The position numbers and the translations under genes were made by a program. A model generated the notes under the pieces. That model did not search any database. It was not told where the DNA came from and saw only the letters and a program-made list of their open reading frames with translations. A DNA stretch of 58,992 nucleotides, the filler included. It is 7 parts of 7 records of this genome, joined end to end, with 100 filler letters (N's around TTAATTAATTAA, not from the genome) between each part and the next. Parts side by side here need not be neighbours in the genome. Positions count along the whole stretch, not along the records: positions 26,966 to 37,665 come from SRR31147125_27252; positions 37,766 to 48,227 come from SRR31147125_27311; 5 more parts are not named here. One strand, given 5' to 3'. Shown here piece by piece: positions 33,485 to 43,716 of the stretch (within the stretch, counting starts at the first letter, position 1; each line of letters starts with the position of its first letter).

Positions 33485-36400
33485 TCACTTTAGAGCTGAT
33501 TGCACAAAAAACATAATCGGTATACGTGCGAGTTCCACACGTCCGCCACTCAATTTTGCCGGAAAATACCAGGGCTGAGTAAGTTCTATGGACGGATAAA
33601 AATAACCGTGTCGAACCTCCATAATCACTAATTGGGGCTTAAAACCCCAGTTAATTAATGTTTTCGTATAACCAATACCTGTGTCAGGTTGTCTCTCTTC
33701 AACAGAACTTAACAAGTTATAAAGCACTTTTGAGCCAACATCCGTCACATAAAAGTAACCACGCATATCCAGACCTTGTTCCGGATCAAGCCCTCTACCA
33801 AACAATCGGACATTCGCATTAATAATACCTGCCTTTTCTTCTCCGGAAGCCTTTGGCAATAGCAAAGCGGAATTCACATTGGATAAATGCCCTGTAATAT
33901 TATAGGTTGCGTTCACCAGTTCGCCCTGCGCCAAATCAACTGAAATCCGCCCTCCTAAATTACCTCCATACATGGTGCCTATAAAGGATGGAACCTCGAA
34001 TCGGCCGCCGCCAATAAATAATTCAAAATTCAAATTTTCAAGGACATAGTCCATAACATCAATATTTTCTATTGATACACGGGAAATATTAGGCAACGTA
34101 TTCAGATAATAATCCCGATACGTCATATAGTCTACTGAAGCTTCAGAGGGTGTGATGATTTTTGATAGCGAATCTCCTAACAAGACACTATTAACCACAT
34201 CATATTTCTGATTCAGTTTTATATCCGCATTTATCCCACTAACTTTAATATTATCTTGCATCAGAAAGGTCAGCTCATTCGTTTTTGCCTCCAGATATAA
34301 ATCAGCCAATAATGTGTCAACATTTACATCCAGATTCAGTTTTGATTGACCCACAAGTAACATATCTCTGGTTAATTCCAGTGTATCAGTCGCATCCTGA
34401 TAAAGTTCGACTTTGGACTGGAACTTTGGATTAACCAGTAAACTCTCGGCAACGGCCGTAAAAAATCCGGCAGCATAAAGATCAGGCAGGTGTATTCTGC
34501 CACCCTCCAGGTGGACAGATTGAAAATCTTTAGATAAAAGGCGTATAGTAAATTCATTATTAAAAAACACAGATCCTTCACTTATATCCGTTCGAATACT
34601 ATCCACTTCCAAAGATATATCCGCGACAGCGCCGCTATCCGAATCCAGATGCGCCTTTGTTGAAAAATTTAATCCATCTACTGAAATATATTTTGAAGGA
34701 TAAGTAATACTCGTTTGGTCAGTAAATAATTCTGCATCGACATCATAAAAGAGGCTGTCCGGTGATATTCGTCCCTTAAGATGAGCTGTTAGATTCGTAG
34801 AGCCGGTAATACCAAAATCCAGCAACTGCTCCTGGATTCTTTCAGGCATCCATTTTCGCAATGAATGGTGCTTCAGTTTTAACGCGGACAGGTCAAAAGC
34901 GATTTCTTCCGTTCCTCTTTGACGGATAGATGCAGATGCCTTTCCGCTGACCAAATCATTTAGCCCTATGACTATGGACGAAATGTTCACATTTTGAAAC
35001 AGGGAATCCGTACTGGCCAAAAGTGAACTTTTAAAATGGATTGGAGGCAGGGTTTCGTCCCGCTCCAGGATCGTAAAAAGCAGGGAATCGGTATTTACGG
35101 AAAAATGCGTATATATCGAGTCAAGTCCGCTTAATCCAAAATCAAGTTTAAAATTGGCTGTGGTACTGAGGGGTGAATCAGGGAATTGCTCTGAGCCAAG
35201 ACCTTTAAACTCAATTGTGCCATTGGCGCTGAGATCTTCAAAACGGGAATTACTGGAGGCGTCTATATTACCCTCTAACAAGGAACCCAAAATATTTTTC
35301 ACTCTAAAGGAACATGAGGCTATTTCAGGGATAAACCGATCATTCAAAACAAAATGTGTTAAAAAGGTGCTGCCCCCGGAATAAAACGAAATACTATCCG
35401 GCAATAAAAAACTGAGTGAATCATATTTTGCCCGCATTGTCGACTCTAATGAAGACAGTTTGTTGCCATTCACTTTTATATTGGTTGAAACAGACAAGCC
35501 TGAATTCAGTAATTCAACATCGCCATGGTTATAGGTAACGCCAAAATCCATTAACTGTAACAGTCCATTTAATTCAAACTTGCTGTCCTGGAAATTTTCC
35601 GCAATTTTACCCTGAAAAGAAGACTCTGTCAGGGTTAGAGCCGATTCATCATCGTGCAGAAAAACAGGAGCTTGCAAGGAATCGGGTAATAGTGCTTCAG
35701 CTAATTCAAGGATCTGAGATATTGGAATGATGCTTTTTTTAACATTTAATTTTACAGCTGGATTTGTCAAAAAATCATCAAAAGCCCCATCCATTTGAAT
35801 CCAGGGGTGTTCCCCTACATTTAAAAGAATACGATCAATTTTACCTTTTTGGTTTTCCAGATTTGCTTCACTATCCACATCGATTGATAAGGGAAAAGGA
35901 AATTGTATAGGAAAAAACCGGGGATTAATTGAGGAGTACATTTCCAGATCTTTTATAACCATACCCAGGTGGATCAACAGATCACCAGGCTTATTTAAAG
36001 CGAGTTCTGACTGAACATCCAGATGTCCTGAAACCGATAAACTGTCCTGCATCTGTCCCTGATTAGCTTTTAGCGCATAAAAAATAGTGCTGTTATCACA
36101 CTGCAAAGATATTTCACCATGAATTGGCGATTTTTTGACATCAATTTTACCTTTTGGTAGCTGCAAATCAGTCAAGTGAAATGTCAAATTATCCATTGAA
36201 ATGGATTGAAACGTCAAGGAATCCTCAAGATCAATATGAAATTGTGCGTCTGTCAGACTAAAATCCGCAAGATCAATCGTTAATGGAAGTGTACCCAAAC
36301 TATCAAGTGTCATTGTAATGGGTACAGGTTCGTCTTCAACAATGGAATCAGATGCTATTTTCCTGAGAGACAAATCTATATCAAGAGAATCAATAAGTAT

Positions 36401-36799
36401 AGCCTGTATCTGGATTTCTTTCTTAAATATTTTACTCAGCTTATATTTTACAAAAGCTTTCTTGATAAAGGCGGAGCGTAGAGGAAAATCGTCATCCACA
36501 AAAGTGGAATCTGTGGGGAGAGAAACCCGAATAGTGCTTAACTCAAAACCACGAAACGGGTTAAAATGAACATCCTTAACGTCCACTTGTCTATTTATTT
36601 CGGCAGCAACCTTCTGAACCAAAAACTCTTTTATCCGTTCTGGTGGTAGAAAGAGCCGGATTGCTAATATCGTAATCAGAAAAAGCACTAAAGATCCAAC
36701 AGTTCCGATCACAAACAGCCGCAATAACTTTTGCTTTAGATTTCTTTTCTTCCGGCGGGGTCGTGTTACACCGGTCTCATCAGGACTTGTCTTACTCAT
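33485..36799 (-). CDS. AsmA-like (repeating beta-groove) envelope bridge protein, 1104 aa
   Basis: Basic N-terminus and a single TM helix, then LPPERIKEFLVQKVAAEINRQVDVKDVHFNPFRGFEL (AsmA N-terminus); beta-rich body; C-terminal MYGGNLGGRISVDL. Confidence 0.8.
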   Translation of the reverse strand: MSKTSPDETGVTRPRRKKRNLKQKLLRLFVIGTVGSLVLFLITILAIRLFLPPERIKEFLVQKVAAEINRQVDVKDVHFNPFRGFELSTIRVSLPTDSTFVDDDFPLRSAFIKKAFVKYKLSKIFKKEIQIQAILIDSLDIDLSLRKIASDSIVEDEPVPITMTLDSLGTLPLTIDLADFSLTDAQFHIDLEDSLTFQSISMDNLTFHLTDLQLPKGKIDVKKSPIHGEISLQCDNSTIFYALKANQGQMQDSLSVSGHLDVQSELALNKPGDLLIHLGMVIKDLEMYSSINPRFFPIQFPFPLSIDVDSEANLENQKGKIDRILLNVGEHPWIQMDGAFDDFLTNPAVKLNVKKSIIPISQILELAEALLPDSLQAPVFLHDDESALTLTESSFQGKIAENFQDSKFELNGLLQLMDFGVTYNHGDVELLNSGLSVSTNIKVNGNKLSSLESTMRAKYDSLSFLLPDSISFYSGGSTFLTHFVLNDRFIPEIASCSFRVKNILGSLLEGNIDASSNSRFEDLSANGTIEFKGLGSEQFPDSPLSTTANFKLDFGLSGLDSIYTHFSVNTDSLLFTILERDETLPPIHFKSSLLASTDSLFQNVNISSIVIGLNDLVSGKASASIRQRGTEEIAFDLSALKLKHHSLRKWMPERIQEQLLDFGITGSTNLTAHLKGRISPDSLFYDVDAELFTDQTSITYPSKYISVDGLNFSTKAHLDSDSGAVADISLEVDSIRTDISEGSVFFNNEFTIRLLSKDFQSVHLEGGRIHLPDLYAAGFFTAVAESLLVNPKFQSKVELYQDATDTLELTRDMLLVGQSKLNLDVNVDTLLADLYLEAKTNELTFLMQDNIKVSGINADIKLNQKYDVVNSVLLGDSLSKIITPSEASVDYMTYRDYYLNTLPNISRVSIENIDVMDYVLENLNFELFIGGGRFEVPSFIGTMYGGNLGGRISVDLAQGELVNATYNITGHLSNVNSALLLPKASGEEKAGIINANVRLFGRGLDPEQGLDMRGYFYVTDVGSKVLYNLLSSVEERQPDTGIGYTKTLINWGFKPQLVIMEVRHGYFYPSIELTQPWYFPAKLSGGRVELARIPIMFFVQSALK

Positions 36800-37665
36800 T
36801 CAAGTAATAAATCTTCCTTGTATGAAAAATTATCATGAATTCGGGATTTAAGCGTTTGTTCTTCGTTTGCATATAAAGGACTAATTTCAATTCTGTTTTT
36901 AACATTCCCGGAAACATCCCGTTCAATAGATACACCCGCACCCTCCAGCCATCGCGCGAATTGTTCCATTAAATCCGTACGAGCGGTTTCAGGTGAATCT
37001 ACGCCATCCGCATTTTTAATCGGACTAAAATCATCCCTTCGGTCTGTCTCCACTACCGCAACCTTTTTTGCATACGGAAATATATCAAATATAAATTGCT
37101 CAAATTTATATCCATTCGGTTCATCAGGTACTATTTGATGTCCGTTTTGGTCTATTTTTGTTATCTTTTTATGCGCAATATGATATGGTAAATCTTTTTT
37201 GTCTAAAAGTATTCTTTCAAAAAAAGAACGGCTAAAAACATGAATGGCTATACTTCCTTGCCCAAATTTAAGCAGAGAATCCGACGTCCGCGCATTTTTT
37301 CTTCCTCTGACAGCTCTGTGTATTCAATAGTTGCCACTTTGCCATCAATCAAACCAATATTACCGAGTTTTTCCTCAGGATAAAGCTTGTAAACTGTCTT
37401 GGCAGACATTTCAGATTCGCAACCAATATGATAGCCAATAAAAGCAGGATCACATATATTCGCCAAAACATTATCGACCTGAAAATAATATAACCAGTCA
37501 ATCCCTTTTTCAGCCATATCCTCAACAAGACCATTCACATAAAGTGCTTTTATTAAACCACCATGACCATCTGGCGCCAGGCTTAGATGAGCTTTATCTT
37601 CCAAAATCAGGCGACCATCTTCATCCAAAGTCGGTAACATACCCTGGCTAAAAAAGGTAAAAGAC
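36796..37665 (-). CDS. UDP-N-acetylglucosamine pyrophosphorylase (UDPGP type 1/UAP family), 5' truncated, frameshift at 37295-37300
   Basis: QGMLP, APDGHGG, FQVDNVL, IEYTEL, GSIAIH, LPYHIAHKK, PNGYKFEQFIFD, FSPIKNADGVDSPETAR. Confidence 0.92.
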
Positions 37666-37765
37666 NNNNNNNNNNNNNNNNNNNNNNNNNNNNNNNNNNN
37701 NNNNNNNNNTTAATTAATTAANNNNNNNNNNNNNNNNNNNNNNNNNNNNNNNNNNNNNNNNNNNN
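37666..37765. other. Artificial contig-joining linker
   Basis: N44-TTAATTAATTAA-N44. Confidence 0.98.
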
Positions 37766-39126
37766 GGATCATCCTTTGGAGAATAGGCCATACCATGATA
37801 AACGATATGATTCACACCGGACAGGAACAATTGATCAATTTCCGGTTTTGCCTGGGATAATGATACCCTGAAATGATCCGCTAGCCAGGTACAGGTTTCC
37901 GAGGCAACCAGATTTTTGCCACTTACATGAGCTGCCGAAGAAGAAAACCTGAGCACCAAAGGATCGATGATATCCTCATTAATAAAGCCAGGTTCACGCC
38001 TCAGTCCCGGAATATCAAATTCCGTGGAACCAAAAATTTCAATCTCCGGGATATCTGCTGCTGCATAAGTATCCAGGATATTGGTCGGTGATCCGTGTGC
38101 CTGATTACGTAATAAAGCGCCTTTTTCATGGGACCATTCGGCAGTCCTTTGAATAAATTCCTCATGCAATTCAGCAAGCGTTAGTCGATAATCTGCCTTT
38201 AATCGGGCTGTGATGTCCTTATCTCCCTCTCCGAGGAATTCGGGCATTTTTTCCAGTAAATCGTAACCTCTTCTTTTCATAAACTCTTTTAAAAAATTTC
38301 TCGTCCATTCAGCGCCATAATATTCATAAGAGTCGTGATAAAATGAACGGACCATATTGCCTTTGTAATTCTTAAAGGCTTTATCGAAATGGTTGAGATA
38401 AGCATCCAAAGCTTCAATCGAGAATGGATCCACAACAAGACCTTCTGCTCCGGGAGCGGCACGTTTCACTTTTTGCATTTCACTTTCAAGAAACAGAATG
38501 TAGACGTTCCAGGTGCCTGAAGGGGCTTGCCAGTTTAACTCGCCTTTTGAATTTATTTGAGAGGTAATATTTAATCGTTTTTCTTTTTTGGATACGGCAG
38601 TGGCAGCTATTATTTCCCGTTTCCGGTTACTTTTTCGCCCCCTTCTTTCAAATAATTTTTCAGAGGCTTTAAACAGGTCCTTTTTAACCTTTCCTTTGAC
38701 ATTTAATGTTAAGACAACAAGCCTTGAGGAGGATTGTTCTGCTGTCACACTGGGGCCGCCATAAGGCCAGCCTGTACCGATGGTCATATCCACGTCCATG
38801 CCCAATCTCTGGCATTCTTTTTTGGTAAAGGCAAGCATGTCCATCCATTCGGGAGTGAGGTAATTAAGAAAATTTTCTTCCTCACCTTTTACACCATATA
38901 TTGGAATAATGTGGACACCACCCATGCCGCCCCTTTGATATGTCTCCAGATTGTAGGTTAAATTCTCTTTATCAACAGCACTACCGAGCCACCACCAATA
39001 GGTCCAGGGTTTTGTTTGTGCGGTTATTTTGGGCCAGTCAAAGGGTTTGAGTGTATCGCTTTGGCAACTCCACATGAGTGAAAGTAAACCCAGTAAAAAA
39101 AGAATTTTTGCCTTTTTCAGAATCAC
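37766..39126 (-). CDS. Glycoside hydrolase family 106 (alpha-L-rhamnosidase-like), 3' truncated
   Basis: KPWTYWWWLGSAVD, GMGGVHIIPIYG, GTGWPYGGP, VKRAAPG, DSYE, RNQAHGSP, SSAAHVSGK; AAGGAGG RBS. Confidence 0.88.
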
Positions 39127-39174
39127 AGATCCTCCTTACGTTTTATAAAATGGAATTCATCCTATATTAACGCT

Positions 39175-40570
39175 TTATTTTTGAATATTTTCTCTTAATA
39201 TATTAAAACGATGGCGACATTCAATTAAAATATCCTTATACTTTTCATCGCCGACCAGATTATTGACTTCATCCGGGTCGGTCCCAAGATCAAACAATTG
39301 CTCATAAACCGGATCCTGATCTATATATTGAATATATTTATATTGTTCAGTACGAATGCCTTCACATTGCGGTATATACACTTTTTGCGGTCTTGGGCGT
39401 CCTCCATAGGCATAGTGCTGATAAAACCATTCCTTACGCCATTCTGTTTTTTTATTGTAAACAAGGGGCAAAAAAACTCTTTCCTTTAATGTGCTTTGGG
39501 ATCTCAACATCCGCCATATCCATAATCGTTGGCGCGATATCCACATTCAGTGTCATTTCATCACGTTTTTTTCCACGCTCTGATTGAGATAGACTCGGAT
39601 CAAAGACAATTAAAGGTGTTCGAATAGCCTGTTCGTACATTAACCATTTCCCAGCCAAACCATGCTCACCCAGAAAAAATCCATTATCTCCGGTAAAAAT
39701 AATTATGGTGTTTTTATCCAGTCCCTGTTTTTTCAAATTGGCAATCATTCTACCGACTGCCCGGTCAATACCACTAATTAATCGATAATACCCTTTGACC
39801 ATCTCCTGGTATAATTCTGGTTTGGAAAATCTTGTTTGCCACCGTTTGCGTGCTTCACAGGTTTGAATAAACTCGGGAAGATGCTTAAAATCATCATCTC
39901 TTGGTGGGGGTATAGTGACATCCTTGTACAACGCATCCAGTTCAGGATCATAGAGAAACTGTTTTTCTGAACTTTGATCCACATGTGGTGCCTTGAAACT
40001 GACGGATAAACAAAAAGGCTGATCTTTCTTTGAATCCGTAAAAAATTCGATAGCTTTATCTGTCAATATAGTTGTTAGATGCCGTTTATCACCTGGGATC
40101 GCATTAATATATTTCCCCTGACCTGAAAATCCCCAGAAATAATCAAATTTTTGTTCTTTTGTTAGCCCCATATGCCATTTACCCAGAAAACCGGTGCGAT
40201 ATCCGGCCTTTTTCAGCAACATGGGATAAGTCTGATCAAATAAAGTCTCGTCCCATTTTCTTTTTCGCGCGATCTTGTGTTGATTATAGTAAACACCTGA
40301 TAAAAAAGAAGCGCGACTGGGGGCGCAGTAGGAATATGTGACAAAATTATTTTTAAATAAAACGCCCTGTTGTGCCAATTTGTCCAGGTTTGGAGTTTGA
40401 ATGAAGGAATTCCCCATACATCCCAATGTATCCCAGCGCTGGTCATCAGCTAATAAAAAGATAATATTGGGTCTTTTTGTTGCTTTGTTATTTACACTAC
40501 ATGAGACACCTGGTATACATGATAAAGCGCCAAGCACACTTGTTTTTTTTAGAAAGTCCCGACGGTTCAT
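39175..40570 (-). CDS. Tat-exported S1 sulfatase, frameshift at A7 39470-39476
   Basis: MNRRDFLK; PNIIFLLADDQR, CAPSR, GKWH, FKAPH, DNGFFLGEHGLAGKW; C-terminal GIRTEQYKYI, LFDLGTDPDE. Confidence 0.92.
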
Positions 40571-40707
40571 AATATTCAGCACACTTTATTTTTTTCAAGA
40601 AAATATACGAGTTATAAAATTTCGGAAAAGTCATTATAAATAATATTCAGTAAAGATATTTTTGGCTATACACCAGTTTATTTTTTAATTCAAATACATC
40701 CGGGTGC

Positions 40708-40758
40708 AAAAAAAACACAAATTAACCGGTGCCTGTTTGGGGTACACCGGCTAATTTG
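40708..40758 (-). terminator. Intrinsic terminator after the PorV-like gene
   Basis: Minus-strand hairpin CAAATTAGCCGGTG / CACCGGTTAATTTG followed by a T tract. Confidence 0.7.
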
Positions 40759-40771
40759 CCATGGGAGTAGC

Positions 40772-41748
40772 TTAGAAATTAAAGGTAGCAGATATTTGAT
40801 TCAAAGATCCGAATACATCTCCGAAATTATTATAGGAGTAATGAAGTGAAGCACCCTGAAACCTGAATCCGGCTCCAAAAGTCAAATCTTCTTCATCATA
40901 GTTAAATTTGTATCCACCGCGTATGGAAATAAGATCGTTTATCACAAATTCCGTACCCAGATGCACACGTTCAGAATAATCCCAGGGTTGTTCATCTCTA
41001 ACGCGAGCGTCCAGTCATATTGCTCACTTTTTGATCCGATAAACTGTAAAACATCTCCGGAAAAACCAACGCTGAAAACTGTAGGTAAGGTCAGTGTTTC
41101 CTGGATATATTCGAATTCACCTGAGAAGTTACGTACAGTCATACCGACTTTAACACCGTTCCAGCCAGGTTCGTAGATGGTTCCAAAATCAAACCCAAGC
41201 ACGGATTTGCTTTCATCGTGAAGATCCTGGTAACAGTGTTTTACAGTACCACCAATAGTAAACTTGTTTGTAATCTGTTTACCATAGCTCAGCCCGATGG
41301 CGTATTCAGCCACATCCAGCAAGCCTGTATCTGTATATCCCAGAGCGTTGTCGGCCGGCATGGCACCTTGTATATCACCAATGGACATACTTGCTGCACT
41401 AATACCAAAAGTACCGATATTACCAACCTTCATGGCAAAGGCTGCTGCCTGTTTGTTCATATCTGCAATCCATTGTGTGTAACCTACGAAAACAGATTTG
41501 GATTCGACATAACCAATACCAGCGGGGTTGACAAACATATTGGACGCATCACCAGCCAGGGTTACGCCAACATTTCCCATTCCTGATGTTCTGGCATCAA
41601 CACCTATTTTCAGATATTGAAAGCCTGTTTGGGCCACCTTTTTAAAATTTTTATAATCCGGCTGCTCCGTAACCTGCGCCCAGAGACAGGTTTGGAACAG
41701 AAAAACACATGTTCCGATTATTATAAAAAGTTTGAATAATCTATTCAT
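40772..41748 (-). CDS. PorV/PorQ-family (FadL-like) outer-membrane beta-barrel, frameshift near 40981-40987
   Basis: AQTGFQYLKIGVDARTSGMG, NMFVNPAGI, WIADM, GGTVK, DFGTIY, RGGYKFNYDEEDLTFGAG, terminal Phe; AAGGAG RBS. Confidence 0.85.
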
Positions 41749-41789
41749 ATTCAACTCCTTTGGATGATCTTAAAATAATATCTACCCTG

Positions 41790-43670
41790 TTAACGGATGA
41801 CAACAAATTTTCCAATTTTCTCACCCAAACCTTCTGTGCTCTCGACGCGGTAAATATAAATACCACTCTTGATCAACTGGTTAAACTGACTGATTTGGTC
41901 CCACGGGGCAATACCTCGCGCATATGGATGGTCGATCTCGGAAACGAGATCACCGCTTTCTGTGTAAATCTGAATCTTACATGGACCAGGTAAACCGGCA
42001 AAAACGATACGATCTGTTTCAGAGTAGGCAGGTTTACTTATATTATAAGGATTGGGAACAACCCGAATGGTTGCCATTTCATCCGTAGAGGGCGCGAAAA
42101 TGGTGGCACCGTTAGGATTGATCAGGAAATAGTGACTGCTCTGCAGACCGGTTGTATTGTCCTTGGCCACCACAAAATAGTAATACGTTTCACCACGGGT
42201 TAATCCCTGATCAACATATTCGGTCACACTCAAGTCAGTGGCAATGGGTTGATAAATATATCGTAACCGTACGCTACCACCTCCGAGTAACTCCTCATCA
42301 ATTAGAGCTCTGTATAGATCATAAGATACATTGCCGGATACAGTATCCCAGGATATGGTCGCTTCACCACCACCGGAGGTCAGTTCAATGACGGGTGGAT
42401 GAGATGGGGCCTGTCCTTCAGGTAGTAGCAAGTTATTTTCCCACACCTGAGTGGCTTTGGTCATCATAGATAAAAGTTCATCCTTACTGCTACGTAACCA
42501 GTTATTCTTTTCAGTCGCAGAAATTTCACCATTTTTCCATTTGGCACCCCACTCCTGAGCTTCGGGAATGGTTGGTGCGGCCATACCACAGAAAAAGACA
42601 AGATTCAGGGTCTCACCTGTTTTAAAGAGACTGTAAGGTCCAACCGTCATACCACCGACAAAATTATGACCGACAAAGGGATCATAACCGGAATCCGGGT
42701 CGATATACTCGGGAAACGTTCCTGTTGTAGCAAATGAATAGAATGGACCGTCCTCAATACCTGTCAAAATTTCGCGACCGGTACGAAATACGGTTGAGGG
42801 TTGATTACCAACATCATTGCCTGGATCGGTAGGGCTTTTATCAGCATGGATCAAACCCCAGCCCCAGTATTCAGGAGATAAAAACTCACCGGTGTCGGAA
42901 TGGGGATTTCCTTCATCAGCATTCTGGTTCTTGGGATCGTCACCATCGAACCAGTACCATAATTTCTGAGTCTCTCCTTCATTGGCACCATAATAGTTGC
43001 AGAAATGAGATTCAACACCAGGATCATGACGGGTATCTTCACCACCAGGATGGCCCTGTTGAAACTGGGTGACGATAAAATCCTGCAGGTCCGAGCCATT
43101 ATTAACAATTTCATAATGTAAAATGGCAAAATCATCATATCCGGGTTCACCCCAGACATAGGCTCTGGCTGTCACATTCAGGCCCATATCCGTGCCAAAG
43201 GTTTGTACAATCATCTGATCGGAAATCAGATTTGGATCCACTTCATCGTAAGTTGCTGTAATGGACTTGTCCGCGCCATCGACCTTTAGGGTATAAAACG
43301 GGTATTTTGTTATTAATTTGGTTTCAACATCGTATACTCTTGGTAGCACGATCTGATCATATGTGGTTCCGCCAGCTGCTGTCCAGTTTTTAGCACCGTA
43401 ACCCATCAAACTGGAACGGGAACCAAAACTGCTGGACTGACGGCCGGAATCATCATTGCCCCAAAAACTGATGTAATGGGTATCGCGATCCTTTAAAATG
43501 GCACTCCCTGTCATTGACGATCTTCCGACAGTAATGCGAAACCGACCGATATTGGTGGTTTCATCAGCGGAGACATCGCCTGCTACTCCAGGCCGTGAGG
43601 TTTGTGCGAAAAGCACCGTCTCTGGAAGCAGAAAAAGACAGAACAGTAAAATATTTAAAATCCTTTTCAT
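41790..43670 (-). CDS. Secreted protein with an FN3-like domain and a C-terminal T9SS-type sorting (CTD/FlgD-like) domain
   Basis: Signal peptide from ATG 43670; YVDQGLTRGETYYYFVVA; tail IRVVPNPY..IQIYTESGDLV..WD..SGIYIYRV..GKFVVIR. Confidence 0.8.
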   Translation of the reverse strand: MKRILNILLFCLFLLPETVLFAQTSRPGVAGDVSADETTNIGRFRITVGRSSMTGSAILKDRDTHYISFWGNDDSGRQSSSFGSRSSLMGYGAKNWTAAGGTTYDQIVLPRVYDVETKLITKYPFYTLKVDGADKSITATYDEVDPNLISDQMIVQTFGTDMGLNVTARAYVWGEPGYDDFAILHYEIVNNGSDLQDFIVTQFQQGHPGGEDTRHDPGVESHFCNYYGANEGETQKLWYWFDGDDPKNQNADEGNPHSDTGEFLSPEYWGWGLIHADKSPTDPGNDVGNQPSTVFRTGREILTGIEDGPFYSFATTGTFPEYIDPDSGYDPFVGHNFVGGMTVGPYSLFKTGETLNLVFFCGMAAPTIPEAQEWGAKWKNGEISATEKNNWLRSSKDELLSMMTKATQVWENNLLLPEGQAPSHPPVIELTSGGGEATISWDTVSGNVSYDLYRALIDEELLGGGSVRLRYIYQPIATDLSVTEYVDQGLTRGETYYYFVVAKDNTTGLQSSHYFLINPNGATIFAPSTDEMATIRVVPNPYNISKPAYSETDRIVFAGLPGPCKIQIYTESGDLVSEIDHPYARGIAPWDQISQFNQLIKSGIYIYRVESTEGLGEKIGKFVVIR

Positions 43671-43716
43671 ATCAAGCTCCTTTATACTTGTTCTGATAAC
43701 GTTAAAACACATCTCG

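Noticed and set aside
33431-33487. SECIS-driven selenocysteine readthrough at the AsmA TGA
   Set aside because: The stem overlaps the UGA rather than lying downstream of it, there is no redox motif, and the extension is short and featureless
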